DNA of 64,000 nt from Octopus vulgaris. Lineage: Eukaryota. Position numbers and translations under genes: made by a program. Below the pieces are notes generated by a model. It saw nothing but the letters and a program-made list of their open reading frames with translations. It had not been told where the DNA came from and searched no databases. The first letter of the stretch is position 1. Each line of letters begins with the position of its first letter. Location of the stretch: positions 35,154,001-35,218,000 of the forward strand of contig OX597826.1 in the NCBI GenBank assembly GCA_951406725.2. Direction: 5' to 3'. Positions 14,298 to 26,525 of this stretch are shown here, piece by piece.

Positions 14298-14920
14298 CAA
14301 GGCAGCGAGCTGGCAGAAATTTTAGCACGCCGGGCGAAATGCCTAGCGGTATCTCATCCGCCACTACGTTCTGAGTTCAAATTCCGCCGAGGTCGACTTT
14401 GCCTTACATCCTTTAGGGGTCGATAAATTAAGTACCAGTTACGCACTGGGTCGATATTATCGAATTAATCCGTTTGTCTGACCTTGTTTGTCCTCTCTGT
14501 GTTTAGCCCCTTGTGGGTAGTAAAGAAATAGGTATCTCGTCTGTCTTTACGTTCTGAGTTCAAATTCTGCTGGGGTGGACTTTGCCTTTCATCCTTTCGG
14601 AGTCGATAAATCAAATAGCAGCTGTGTATTGGGATCGATCTAATCGATTGGCCCCCTCCCCAAAAATTTTGTGCCTTGAGTAGAAAACAATATTTTGTTA
14701 TACCAAGGCGGCGAGTTGGCAGAATGGGTAGCACGGCGGGAAAACTACTTAGCGGCATTTCATCCGTCTTTTTGTTCTAAGTTCAAATTTCGTCGAGGCT
14801 GGCTTTGCCTTATACTCTTTCGAAGTTTATAAAATAAGTACAAGTTGGGCACTGTGGTTTAAGCAATCCACTTACTCTTCCCCTAAATTTTCTGGCCTTG
14901 TGCCAATACTTCCAAACCAA
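14298..14920 (+). mobile_element. Tandem array of three SINE family B units
   Basis: Three successive gttc(t/a)(g/a)agttcaaatt + Meta-like blocks starting at ~14298, ~14530 and ~14705. Confidence 0.85.
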
Positions 14921-15195
14921 TATTAGTTATGTCTTGGTTCAATAATGCGGACTTTGAATTGCATACTTTAGAAGTCAATAAAAGAAATACGTGAATAACC
15001 GCCGGAGTTGAGGTTACCGAATGTATGTTTTTTCCAAAATTGTTATCATACACTTAATTTTATAATTCTTATTTATAATAATTAGCTGTGGCACAATGCT
15101 AGGAATAGGTGGCTTCTTTAAACTTGTAATTCATAGATTTAAAAACCAACATTATTTACATTTGATGGATATTTGTCTTCATCTTGTTTGTTGTT

Positions 15196-15241
15196 AACAC
15201 AAAATTTCGTCTGATATAACCTCCAGCCTTCATCAGGTGTC
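15196..15241 (-). ncRNA. Minimal type I hammerhead-like motif (mutated)
   Basis: Minus strand reads gacac-CTGATGA-a-ggctg-gaggttatat-cagac-GAAA-tttt-gtgtt. Confidence 0.55.
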
Positions 15242-15300
15242 TTGGGGAAATTTCGAACCTGGGTTCTCATTCCTAAGGTATTTTTCGATGTTGTTGTTGT

Positions 15301-15377
15301 TATTCAGGTTACAGTCTGGAATCGAAATCGGAATCTTGGGGTTAGTAGCACGCGCTCTTAACCACTATGCCATATGC
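15301..15377 (-). mobile_element. tRNA-derived SINE-like head, left arm of palindrome
   Basis: Reverse complement of 15389-15465; A box tggcatagtggtt; B box degenerate. Confidence 0.7.
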
Positions 15378-15388
15378 CCTAACCACAC

Positions 15389-15465
15389 GCATATGGCATA
15401 GTGGTTAAGAGCGCAGACTACTAACCTCAAGATTCCGAGTTCGATTCCAAGCAGTGACCTGAATG
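15389..15465 (+). mobile_element. tRNA-derived SINE-like head, right arm of palindrome
   Basis: gcatatggcatagtggttaagagcg (A box) ... gagttcgattcc (B box), followed by (AAT)n. Confidence 0.75.
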
Positions 15466-15480
15466 ATAATAATAATAATG

Positions 15481-15571
<91 letters not shown>

Positions 15572-15573
<2 letters not shown>

Positions 15574-16311
15574 GCCCTGATGCAGTACCAGGCAATGCCC
15601 TGATGCAGTACCAGGCAATGCCCTGATGCAGTACCAGGCAATGCCCTGATGCAGTACCAGGGTAAATGCCCTGATGCAGTACCAGGCAATGCCCTGATGC
15701 AATACCAGGCAATGCCCTGATGCAGTACCAGGCAATGCCCTGATGCAATACCAGGCGATGCCCTGATGCAGTACCAGGCAATGCCCTGATGCAGTACCAG
15801 GCAATGCCCTGATGCAGTACCAGGCAATGCCCTGATGCAGTACCAGGCAATGCCCTGATGCAGTACCAGGCAATGCCCTGATGAAGTACCAGGCAATGCC
15901 CTGATGCAGTACCAGGCAATGCCCTGATGCAGTACCAGGCAATGCCCTGATGCAGTACCAGGCAATGCCCTGATGCAGTACCAGGCGATGCCCTGATGCA
16001 GTACCAGGCAATGCCCTGATGCAGTACCAGGCGATGCCCTGATGCAGTACCAGGCAATGCCCTGATGTAGTACCAGGCAATGCACTGATGCAGTACCAGG
16101 CGTATGCCCTGATGCAGTACCAGGCAATGCCCTGATGCAGTACCAGGCAATGCCCTGATGCAGTACCAGGCAATGCCCTGATGCAGTACCAGGCAATGCC
16201 CTGATGCAGTACCAGGCAATGCCCTGATGCAGTACCAGGCAATGCCCTGATGCAGTACCAGGTGATGCCCTGACGCAGTACCAGGCGTATGCCCTGATGC
16301 AGTACCAGGCA
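15572..16311. repeat. Minisatellite, ~32 x 23 bp (ATGCCCTGATGCAGTACCAGGCA)
   Basis: Direct reading; about a third of the units carry point variants and a few are 24 bp. Confidence 0.97.
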
Positions 16312-16844
16312 GTGGCTCTCGTGGCTTCTGATCTTAACTGATTGAAAGTCTTATGAGGTACATTGTTTTGTCTTGGTATAAAAGATGGGCTACAGCAAAT
16401 ATTCTGCTCAATACTACAGATTTGCTTGTCAGTTGTTTGACCTTAACCAGTTGAGCATGTCCCTTACTGGCTGACGATATGTGCATCTCTGATCATGAGC
16501 AGAAGTAGTGGGGGATCATCATAGCCATGTGTTGAGAGAAATTCTTTGGCGTTTGGATAATTCACCTTTGGAAACATGGGTGTTTCGTTCAACATCCTTA
16601 AACAACTCTTATTCAGGGACCTTTTGAGCGGGATGGGCTACTCGACCAGAAGAAAATTCTAACTAGGCCCCACCTGCAAGGTCATGCGCTGTTTATCTTG
16701 ATATGAGATCACCATGTCGCGCACATATGGTTGTGGTGCATGTGCCTTGTGTACCCTTATCAGACGGGTAGTCATGATGGGTATACTGGGCTTCGTATAT
16801 TTTACCCCAGTGTCACTTTGATGGCATACACTGCTCTCTCACTC

Positions 16845-16888
<44 letters not shown>

Positions 16889-16946
16889 CAACAACAACAT
16901 CGAAAAGTACCTTAGCAATGAGAACCTAGGTTCGAAATTTCCCCAA

Positions 16947-16992
16947 GACACCTGATGAGGGCTGGAGGGTATATCAGCCGATACGTTGTGTT
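16947..16992 (+). ncRNA. Minimal type I hammerhead-like motif (one core mutation)
   Basis: gacac-CTGATGA-g-ggctg-loop-cagcc-GATAC(GAAAC expected)-gtt-gtgtt. Stems I and II pair. Confidence 0.6.
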
Positions 16993-17599
16993 AACAACAA
17001 ACAAGAAGAGGACAAATATCCGTCAAATGTAAATAATGTCTTAAATATAGAACTGTATCAACATTATTGTCTTATTCCATGGGCTATGAACTTAGCAACA
17101 AGGTAATTCTATCAGTGATATATTGCACAGAGTTGAATACATTATATTCAAAAATATTAGCAGCCTTAAAATAGATTTATATTCCTTGAAATGAAAAGCA
17201 TTCAGTGCAATTATATTTCCTTGGCCTGGTTAATTAATTCACTGCTATAGTAGCCATGTTTCTGAAAGATCTCGTTAAGAAATTAATTCCATGCTTTGAT
17301 CTACCATTCATTTCCATAGCAGATTAATTTTAATCTCTTTATTAATTTATTATACCTGAGATTAGGTAATCCAAACTAATTTGAAACTGTTTAGCTATCA
17401 AATGCACCTCGGCATCAAGTAATTAACATGAAGTAGTTATATAAACCTACATAATAATCTGACGTTGGCAAATTCAAAATCATTGGATTAGTAAATAGAG
17501 AGTAATTGAATTCGCAATACACCGTTTGACAAAGGCAACTCCACTTCAGCAAATATTGTCTATGCTATTCTAAATTTTTTATCAATTATTATTAGTGTT

Positions 17600-18240
17600 A
17601 CCAAAGGCAGCGAACTGGCAGATTCATTAGCACGCCGGGCGAAATTATTAGCGGTATTTCGCCCATTGCTGTGCTGTGTGTTCAAATTCCTGCGAGGTCG
17701 ACTTTGTCTTTCATCATTTCGAGGTCGATAAATGAAGTAACAGTTGCATACTGGAGTTGAGATAATCGATTTTTCTCCTCTCACCAACATTTTGGGCCTT
17801 ATGCTCAGAGTAGAAAAGAATCGTTAGTACGCCGGGTGAAATGATTAGCGATATTTCGCCCGTCGCTACGTTCTGAGTTCAAATTTCGCCGAGGTCGACT
17901 GTGTCTTTCATTCTTTCGGGTCGATAAATAAAGTGCCAGTTAAATACTGGGGTCGATGTAATAGACTAGTCCCCTCAACCAAAATCAAACTACAGTAGAA
18001 AGGATTATTAGAGTTACCTAAAGTGGTGAGCTAACACAATCGTTAGCACACCAATAATGCTTCACAACATTTCGTCCGGGTTTACGTTCAAAATTCCGTC
18101 GAAGTCGACTTAGACATTTATCCTTTCGGAATCAATAAAATAAGCACTGGTTAAGAATTGGTGTCGATGCAATCTACTATTCCCCACCTTCACTCACAAC
18201 CACTAGTTTCTGGGCGTAAGCCGAAAGCAGCAAAAATTGG
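17600..18240 (+). mobile_element. Tandem array of three SINE family B units
   Basis: Units start at ~17605, ~17815 and ~18020; each has gttcaaa/gtcgact/gataaa blocks. Confidence 0.8.
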
Positions 18241-18959
18241 TAGAGTTACGCCGCATTTGTTGATTTTCAATTTAGAGCACGGCTAGAAGGCGCGCCCTGG
18301 ATACAATCTCATTCGAACAAGGTTTTGAACTTATATTACACATGTGAAATCATTGTTATTATTTGTTATCAGTATCACTTCATTCCATTTGTGTGTGTGT
18401 AGTTCTAAAGAACTTAAGGATGCATTATGTTAACGAAAGCTAGTATACGACTTAGTATATAAGCAATATATACAAATATATATTTATTTACACACATACA
18501 CGAATGTACGCAAAATCGTCAAACATACACACACACGCACACACATGTACATCTGTATATGTTTATATACGAACACACATGAATACACACAGATACACAT
18601 ATGTATATATACAAACACACATATATATGCACAAACATACTGATATACACACACAGGCACGCACATAAATATATATTTCTATATATATGTATGTATGTGT
18701 CCGTCCGTTAGTGCGTGTTCCTTATTGTGTCTTCTCGCTATCACACATACATTGACGACCTCATGGGGATTGACATTTGTTTGTCATGCAACAAACTAAA
18801 TATCACCAAGCAGAACATACTTTTCTGCGACTCTTCATTCTTTGTAATATGATGTTTGGATCTTTCGTGTGTGTGAATTTGAATTAATAATCATTGAATT
18901 ATTAGACGATTAACTGATGCTTTGCAAAATAACTCATATACTATTTTTTTCTTATTTCA

Positions 18960-19310
<351 letters not shown>

Positions 19311-19951
19311 GTATATTTTCGTTCTTTCTTTTATATTTTTTGCCACAATTCACCACGTAGAATTTTTTTCTCGAACCGCCTCTCTCTCTCTCTCTCTTTC
19401 TCCCCTCTCTCTCCTTCTCTCTTTGCCTGTCTGTCTGTTTACTCCCCCCTTCACTCTCTCTCCAAATACCGTTCACTTATTGGGTAAAAATAACCAAACT
19501 TTAAACCTCTCCACCGTTTTTCTAAAATGTCTTTTCTGGAATTACAAGATCAGATTCACCGTGAAGAATTACATCAGCATATCAAGTTTGAAAATTTTCT
19601 CTTAATTTGAAATTTTCAAGACATTCTTAAGTGGTATAAGCTGTAAGAAGGAAGTCAAACTAAATAGTGATGTTATGAAATCATTTAATACGTAAGCTTC
19701 AGGACAGCGTAATAAATAACTGGAAATGCATCCATATTTGTTCTTATCTATTAACAAACCTGAACCCTACATGTTAAATAATTTCAAAATATATCACTAT
19801 TTGATTTGACTTCATTATTGTAACTTACCTTTTATAAAAGCCAATCACGCAAAAATACGAATGGCCACTGAAAAGGTGATAAAACTGGTGGTGCCCTAGC
19901 ATGGCCACACCTTTTAGACTGGAAAGCGTAAGAAAATAAAAGAATGAAGAA

Positions 19952-19999
<48 letters not shown>

Positions 20000-20003
<4 letters not shown>

Positions 20004-20200
20004 TAATCCAAACATAAAAACACAAAGAGAAAACACAACGACGCGAGGACGTGGAACGAATATAGTATTATTGGACGCTCAGGAAGGGAGGGAAGAAGGA
20101 GGGTTTTACGTTTCGAACGGAGCTCTTCGTCAGAAACATAGGAAAAGGAAAGATCCAGAGAAGGGAAGACGAAGGGAAAAAAATCGCCAACGGTACACAC
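20000..20200 (-). mobile_element. Penelope-derived repeat with hammerhead-like core
   Basis: Minus strand ctgacgaagagctccgttcgaaacgta at 20107-20133; abuts (TA)n. Confidence 0.7.
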
Positions 20201-20374
20201 GCGATATATATGTATATAAACTGGTATATTTATGTATAGACACACATTTATGCATTTCCATGGATTTATCAAATCAAGTAAGCTGAAACCTCGAAGTCAA
20301 TATCTTTTATATAAATATAGTCTCAGTTGAAAATTATTGATAGAACTTTCAAATTAGCATTGAAATGTATTTAT

Positions 20375-20500
20375 ATGGTGAAGACCCGTAGTTCAAGGGT
20401 TTGGGTGTTACAATCGCGAGGTTATAATTTCGAGTCTCACACCAGCTCTTCGTTGTTACCTTGAGCAAAACACTTTATGTTGCATCAGTTCAGTCAAATG
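20375..20500 (+). mobile_element. SINE family C (tRNA head + CORE-like), degenerate
   Basis: ttcgagtctc...ccttgagcaaaacacttt; similar to 63871-64000. Confidence 0.55.
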
Positions 20501-20823
20501 GGTCACTTTGTGTTAGATTGGCGTACAAAGATAAGATGGTGACACAGAACAATACCCTGAACAAAGATTCACCTACCATTTTTTAAATATTTGTCGATCG
20601 AAAGGATTCACAGAACAACCTGTACTCTGGATCCGTCCATTCAGCTTCTCCACCCACTAAAGCTAATGGCTCTTTGGAGTATTGTTCACAGGCATTTCTA
20701 CCATATACCCCTACGAGAAGCACCCGTCATTTCAATTTCCCACTAAATTTCTAAGACTGATCGCCTGGGACTATGGATTTTATACAACCATCTTATTCTT
20801 TGTCCACTCGCAGAGTTCTGCCG

Positions 20824-20891
<68 letters not shown>

Positions 20892-20934
20892 CTCTCTCTC
20901 TCTCTCTCTCTCTGTCTTCTCATTATCTCTGTCT

Positions 20935-20969
<35 letters not shown>

Positions 20970-21172
20970 GTATATATACATATATATATATTTTGGTATA
21001 TTTCTTTTGTTATTTCTATCTTTATTACAATAAATTCATAGATTAGCGAAATGATATATGCTTCTTGATGCAGGTAAAGATATGAAGGAACAAATTCCAT
21101 CGCAGATCAAGCCTTGAATATTGTCACTTATGTGGCTGTGCATATGTACACACACACACAAACACACACACA

Positions 21173-21215
<43 letters not shown>

Positions 21216-21974
21216 ATACACACACATACACACACACACATTAAACTTTAAAAATATTCAGCTTACTTTCATGAAGATTGTACTTAATTTCCATTCTGAA
21301 ACTCACCTCGTGTATTACATTATTTCTCGTCTACATCTAGCTTCTGTTTCCACAGTTTTTCCTACGCATCCTGCTGAGGAAAAATGAAGCACTTTGCTCA
21401 TGAATGCAGCATGATGTCTGGTTCGAGAATTGAACCCATGTCATTATGATCGTAAACAGGCCATTCAAACAATTAGTCAACAAGCCTTCTCATACGTGAA
21501 CTATCTGCTAAAATGTCAACTTCAACAACTAACCTACCAATTAGAGAAAGGTAATTTTTAAAAATAAGTTATATAATTTACAGTCAGCTTGTGCGACTCC
21601 TTTTCATCAAAATTTCATACAGCAAATTATCCCAAGGGAAAAATATTTATTGGCGAATTGTCCGGGCATGATCTGCTATTGTTTAACTAACATCTCATTG
21701 TCTGAGCACCCTATAATTACAAAATCTTCACCCAGTATCTCTCACAAAATGCGTAACAACCATGAACTTTTTAAATTCAAGTCACCTAATGGGCTCCCTT
21801 GCAGTTTCTGTGAATTCATTTCCATTCGTGAGGCATGTGTTGAGCCAAAGCTACTGTAAAAACCCTTGTTTAAGATGCTATGGTGGGATATCAAACCCGT
21901 CATTACAAAATAAACTACCTGAATCTGCTTCTTTGTAGAATGTAACAACGTAATATAGCAATATAAAAGAACGT

Positions 21975-22295
21975 CAACTTTGCCTTTCGTCCTACTGAAG
22001 TTAATAAAATAGGTACCACCTTCATCTAAGAGCTTAAGGGCTTAACACCAAAATTTGAAACCAGTATAGTGTCAAATTACGGTGGAGAACTGATAGAATC
22101 ATTAATAGGTCAGGTGAAATGCTTAATGGCATTTCGTCCGTCTTTACGTCCTGAAATCAAATTGCGCTGAGATCAACGTTGCCATTCATCCTTTCGGGGC
22201 CGATAAAATAAGCTCCTGTTTAGCACTGGGGCCGATGTAATTGACTTGTTCTCTCCCACAAAAATTGCTGGCTTGTACCAACATTTGAAGCTAAT
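21975..22295 (+). mobile_element. SINE family B partial + full unit
   Basis: tttgcctttcgtcc...; ttcatcctttcggggccgataaaataag. Confidence 0.7.
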
Positions 22296-23098
22296 ATATT
22301 GTGAAATTATTTATATTTTTATGTAATATTTATTTTTAACAACATACTTGAAGTATTATTTTATTATCAGAAATAATAAAGTATGTCTGATATCGGCAAT
22401 TGACTCCCCACATTTACATTGTTAAGTGGTTCTTGTTGAGAAAAATTAAATGATGTCTAGGAACAAATGTTTCAAATATTCTATTTCTCTCTCCCTCTCA
22501 CCCTGACTTTTCTTTCTCTTCTCTCTTTCCTTCGTCCTCCCCTTGTTTCTCCTCTTCCCACAACTGCTTGATATAAACGCGTATATAAACTCTGCAAAAA
22601 TGTATATACTATACATACTCACAACACACATATAACCTCCCTCTCATTCTCTCCACCTCCCGCCTTTGTATCTCACCGTTTCACTTTCTCATAGTTATAC
22701 ACAAACACCCGTTCATACACGCAACACATATTTTACACTGCAATCATATTTATGCTGATCTAATGAGTTGGAGATTATCCCAGTTTGCACAGCATGAAAT
22801 TAAATGGTAAATATGCTTTCGCACCTCTTAACTGTAGAGAGCTTTTCTTCCTCTATCTGAGTATGACACCTCATTAAACATACAAAGTATCCATTAGATC
22901 TAGGAGAATACCTTATAAGATTCACTGAGATTTTTGGTCCTCTTACATAATAGCATTATACTGCAATATGTGTATGCAGCTACATATATATATAAACACA
23001 ATTATACATATATACTCCTGTTTGTGTATATTTATACATATATATACATATATAAATTGTATATACATCTATTTACATACACTTATACATACATGCAT

Positions 23099-23134
<36 letters not shown>

Positions 23135-23139
<5 letters not shown>

Positions 23140-23330
23140 TAATCCAAACAAGAAAACACAGAAAAAAAGAGAAAAAAACACAGCAACGCAGGACGTGGAA
23201 CAATTAAAGTATTATTGACGCTCAGGAAAGAAGGGAACGAGGGCTTAACGTTTCGAGCGGAGCTCTTCGTCGGAAACAAGGAGAAGGAAAGATCCCAAGG
23301 AGGGAAGACAGAGGAGAAAATATTTGAGCT
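23135..23330 (-). mobile_element. Penelope-derived repeat with hammerhead-like core
   Basis: Minus strand ccgacgaagagctccgctcgaaacgtt at 23247-23273; same family as the 20000 and 1215 copies. Confidence 0.7.
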
Positions 23331-24504
23331 GGTAGTGCTCAAGAGATCACATGTATATATATATACAAATATCCGTCAAATGTAAATAATGTAGTATATT
23401 AATATTTCTAATACGTTAATTGGATCAGTACAACCGCCTGAGGTCTTGGTACTTTTAACTGTATTACGCAGAAAGCAGTTGCTCTAAAGCATTTATGGTC
23501 TCGTAAATCGTGAATTCCCTCACTGAAGGCAGTAATTTTGAAAGATACTACGGAATATGGATGAGCTGAAGAATAATAATCAAATATTAATACTGAAACC
23601 ATGAGGCTATTATCGTAGCCTGTGTATACTGGGAAGGTCTTCCTGTTTCAACTGCAGAGGAAAGTAAATTGATGCTCATCTGTATTCTATGTAGGGGACA
23701 GATGATGTTTAAGTGGGAAAATAAAAAGGGGGCAAACTTCAGTTAGCAAAGTTATGTGAGAGATGCATCTCATTCTCTTTCCTCGTATAGTGAAATAAAA
23801 TTAACAATGTACATAGAGATAGGGAGTACGCATAGTGGAAAGAGATAACGAGATTATTGGATAAAGACACTACGCACTAATCTCAATAAAACCAACAATC
23901 TATGTTTAAATTTGATGAAATAAATTCTGAAATCTAAAGTTCCATGCATAGTTAGATGAAATCAATAAAATAATGTTCAACTCGGACTGCTGCCCTTATT
24001 GTTTTTGTCCATATTACGCAAATGAATGCCAGTAGAATGACTGTCTCTAAGAATTCCCATTGGATTCTTAAAGAATTTAATTACATCATCCTACATTCTC
24101 TGCTCAAATAATTCCATGGTCAATTTACTGTTTTACTTTCAAGATTTAATAAGATACGAATCAATAATAAACTGGCTTCAATTCAATTGATTATACAATC
24201 ACATGTTCAAATTATACACCCACATACACCGCTTTGCACGTACATGTACGACGTATGCAAACATATACAAAGTATTCTCACATGTACAAATTATAATCGT
24301 ATGTACATATAACCACACGTACATATATATACCACATGTAATTATACGCCCTAATATACACATGATAACCACACATGCGCATGATATATACCCAAATGTA
24401 CATATATTCCTGCGTAAATATTCGCAATCTACATAGTAGATCAAAAACATCAAAACATCAGAAACAGGTAAACATGATAGTGATATGTGCTAATAAATAA
24501 TACT

Positions 24505-24718
24505 ACGTTCTACTATAGGCACACGGCCTGAATTTTGGAGGTGGGAATAAGTCGATTACATCGACCCCAGTACTCAACTGGTACTTAATTTATCGATCCC
24601 GAAAGGATGAAAAACAAAGTCGAATTCGGCGAATTTTGAAATCAGAACGTAGCGACGGGCGAAATACCGCTAAGCATTTTGTCCAGCGTGCTAAGGATTC
24701 TGCCAGCCCGCCGCCATT
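24505..24718 (-). mobile_element. SINE family B
   Basis: ggtacttaatttatcgatcccgaaaggatgaaa...tctgccagcccgccgcc. Confidence 0.85.
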
Positions 24719-25315
24719 TTGAACACATAATACAGACACTTAAGACATGATGCGACATGTATATAATGTACAATGTATGAACAAGCTAGCACACCTCATA
24801 CCTATACCTAAACAAGTATGCACCGACATCTACAAATTATACTCACAATTACAAGTTATTTACACGTATACACAGTATACCTACATGTACATATGAAAGA
24901 ATGTATAAAACTACATGCAAAATTTACTACCTTATTCAAATGAACACACTATATATATGTACTTATAAAAAATGAATATACACGTAGAATTTTAAGCCCT
25001 CATTCAATGCCAGAAAATATTATTAACAATTTAGACTATCTTTAACATGATTTACATCATGAAAAATTATAGGAAGTCTATTAACCCCACTCAGCTCAAA
25101 ACAATATTTACTCCAAAGTTAAAGAATGAGAAGATTAGAAGAGAATGGAATGGATAAAAAACTATTTCATGTTACAATCTGTCTATTATTGGAATCCTCT
25201 TCCTAAGTATCTTACATGTTGGCTACGTGAACTCTGAGTAACAGCAAGTTACGTTGCATTTGTGTCTTGTTATGATGTTTCAGTCATGGCTTGGCTACGA
25301 TATTAGTTCAGCAAA

Positions 25316-25728
25316 TGAAGGCAGCGAGCTGGCAGAATCGTTAGCATGCCGGACGAAATATTTAGCGGCATTTCGTCCGTCTTGATTATTTTGAATTCAA
25401 GTTCAGCTGAGGTCGACTTTGCCTCTCGTCCTTTCGAGATCGATAAAATAAGAGCCAGTTGAGCATTGGGGTCGATCTAATTAACATATCCCTCCTCCAT
25501 AATTGCTGGTCTTGTATCATAATTTGAAACATAATAATAATTATTATTAAGGCACTCAGTTGGCACTCAGTTGGCACGTCTCTACTTTGGAATTCAAATT
25601 TCGCCGAGGTCAATCTTGGCTTTAATTCTGTCGAGGTCGATAAACAAAATACCAGTTGAGCACTGGGGTCGATGTAATCGACTAGCGCCCTTCCCCTAAA
25701 TTTCAGGTCTCGTGCCTATAGTAGAAAG
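25316..25728 (+). mobile_element. SINE family B dimer with perfect 15 bp TSD
   Basis: GATATTAGTTCAGCA at 25299-25313 and 25729-25743. Confidence 0.85.
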
Positions 25729-26127
25729 GATATTAGTTCAGCAGATTAACAGTGCCGAATGGTTTAGAATACCTGTTTACATTCATGAAGTCCTTAGTTC
25801 CATCCCATTTTATGGTATCTCGGAAATGTGTCTTTTACAAGAGGATCATTTCGACTTAATCGTTGCGAGTGAATCTAAATGAGGGGAAACTTCATTGAAG
25901 CCCATCTGATTGATTGAAACTTGTAAATTCAAAGGTGAGCCATATCACACTATATCACAGTAAGTTTGACTGAAGATTACAATAAGGGGACACATGAGGT
26001 TGGGTATTCAGCCAGTAACATACTAATTGAATGAGTAGGTATCCTATTAGAGTAAAAAGCTGAATAGCGCTCGTCGATACTGACGGATGTCGATTACTTT
26101 CCACAGGCATGGCTATGTGGTAAGTAT

Positions 26128-26291
26128 AGGCGCAGGTGTGGGTGTGTGATAAGTAGCTTGCTGACCAACCACATGGTTCCGGGTTCGGTCCCAATGCGTG
26201 GCACCTTGGGCAAGTGTCTTCTACTATAGCCTCGGGCCGACCAAAGCCTTGTGAGTGGATTTGGTAATCGGAAACTGAAAGAAGTCCATCG

Positions 26292-26326
<35 letters not shown>

Positions 26327-26525
26327 TTGTCCTCCTAACATCGCTTGACAACCGATGCCTCTGTGTTTACGTCCCCGTAATTTAGTGGTTCGGCAAAAGA
26401 GACCGATAGGATAAGTACTCGGCTTACAAAGAACAAGTTCTGAGGGTAGATTTGTTCGACTAAAAGCGGTGCTCCAGCATGGCCGCAGTCAACTGACTGA
26501 AACAAATAAAAGAAAGTAAAAGAAT
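26128..26525 (+). mobile_element. SINE family A, full length
   Basis: Head, CORE-like segment, (TA)(TG) tract and tail all present. A short extra head-like start lies at ~26104. Confidence 0.88.

Larger units (their letters stand above)
15149..17039. mobile_element. Composite non-autonomous element with ~155 bp terminal inverted repeats containing hammerhead motifs (Penelope-like / retrozyme-like)
   Basis: 15149-15304 is the reverse complement of 16881-17039 with scattered mismatches. The interior holds a tRNA-like palindrome, (AAT)n, a 23-mer array and a ~530 bp body. Confidence 0.8.

Noticed and set aside
15389-15465. Functional tRNA gene
   Set aside because: A and B boxes are present but the acceptor and anticodon stems do not pair well; it behaves as a SINE-type head.
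15365-16242. Three long minus-strand ORFs (263-284 aa) with repeated MPGTASGHCLVLHQGIAWYCIRA
   Set aside because: They arise from a stop-free 23 bp tandem unit read through all frames plus (ATT)n; there is no evidence of coding function.
15572-16311. CRISPR-like array (palindromic 23 bp repeats)
   Set aside because: Units are contiguous with no unique spacers, there are no cas genes, and the context is eukaryotic.
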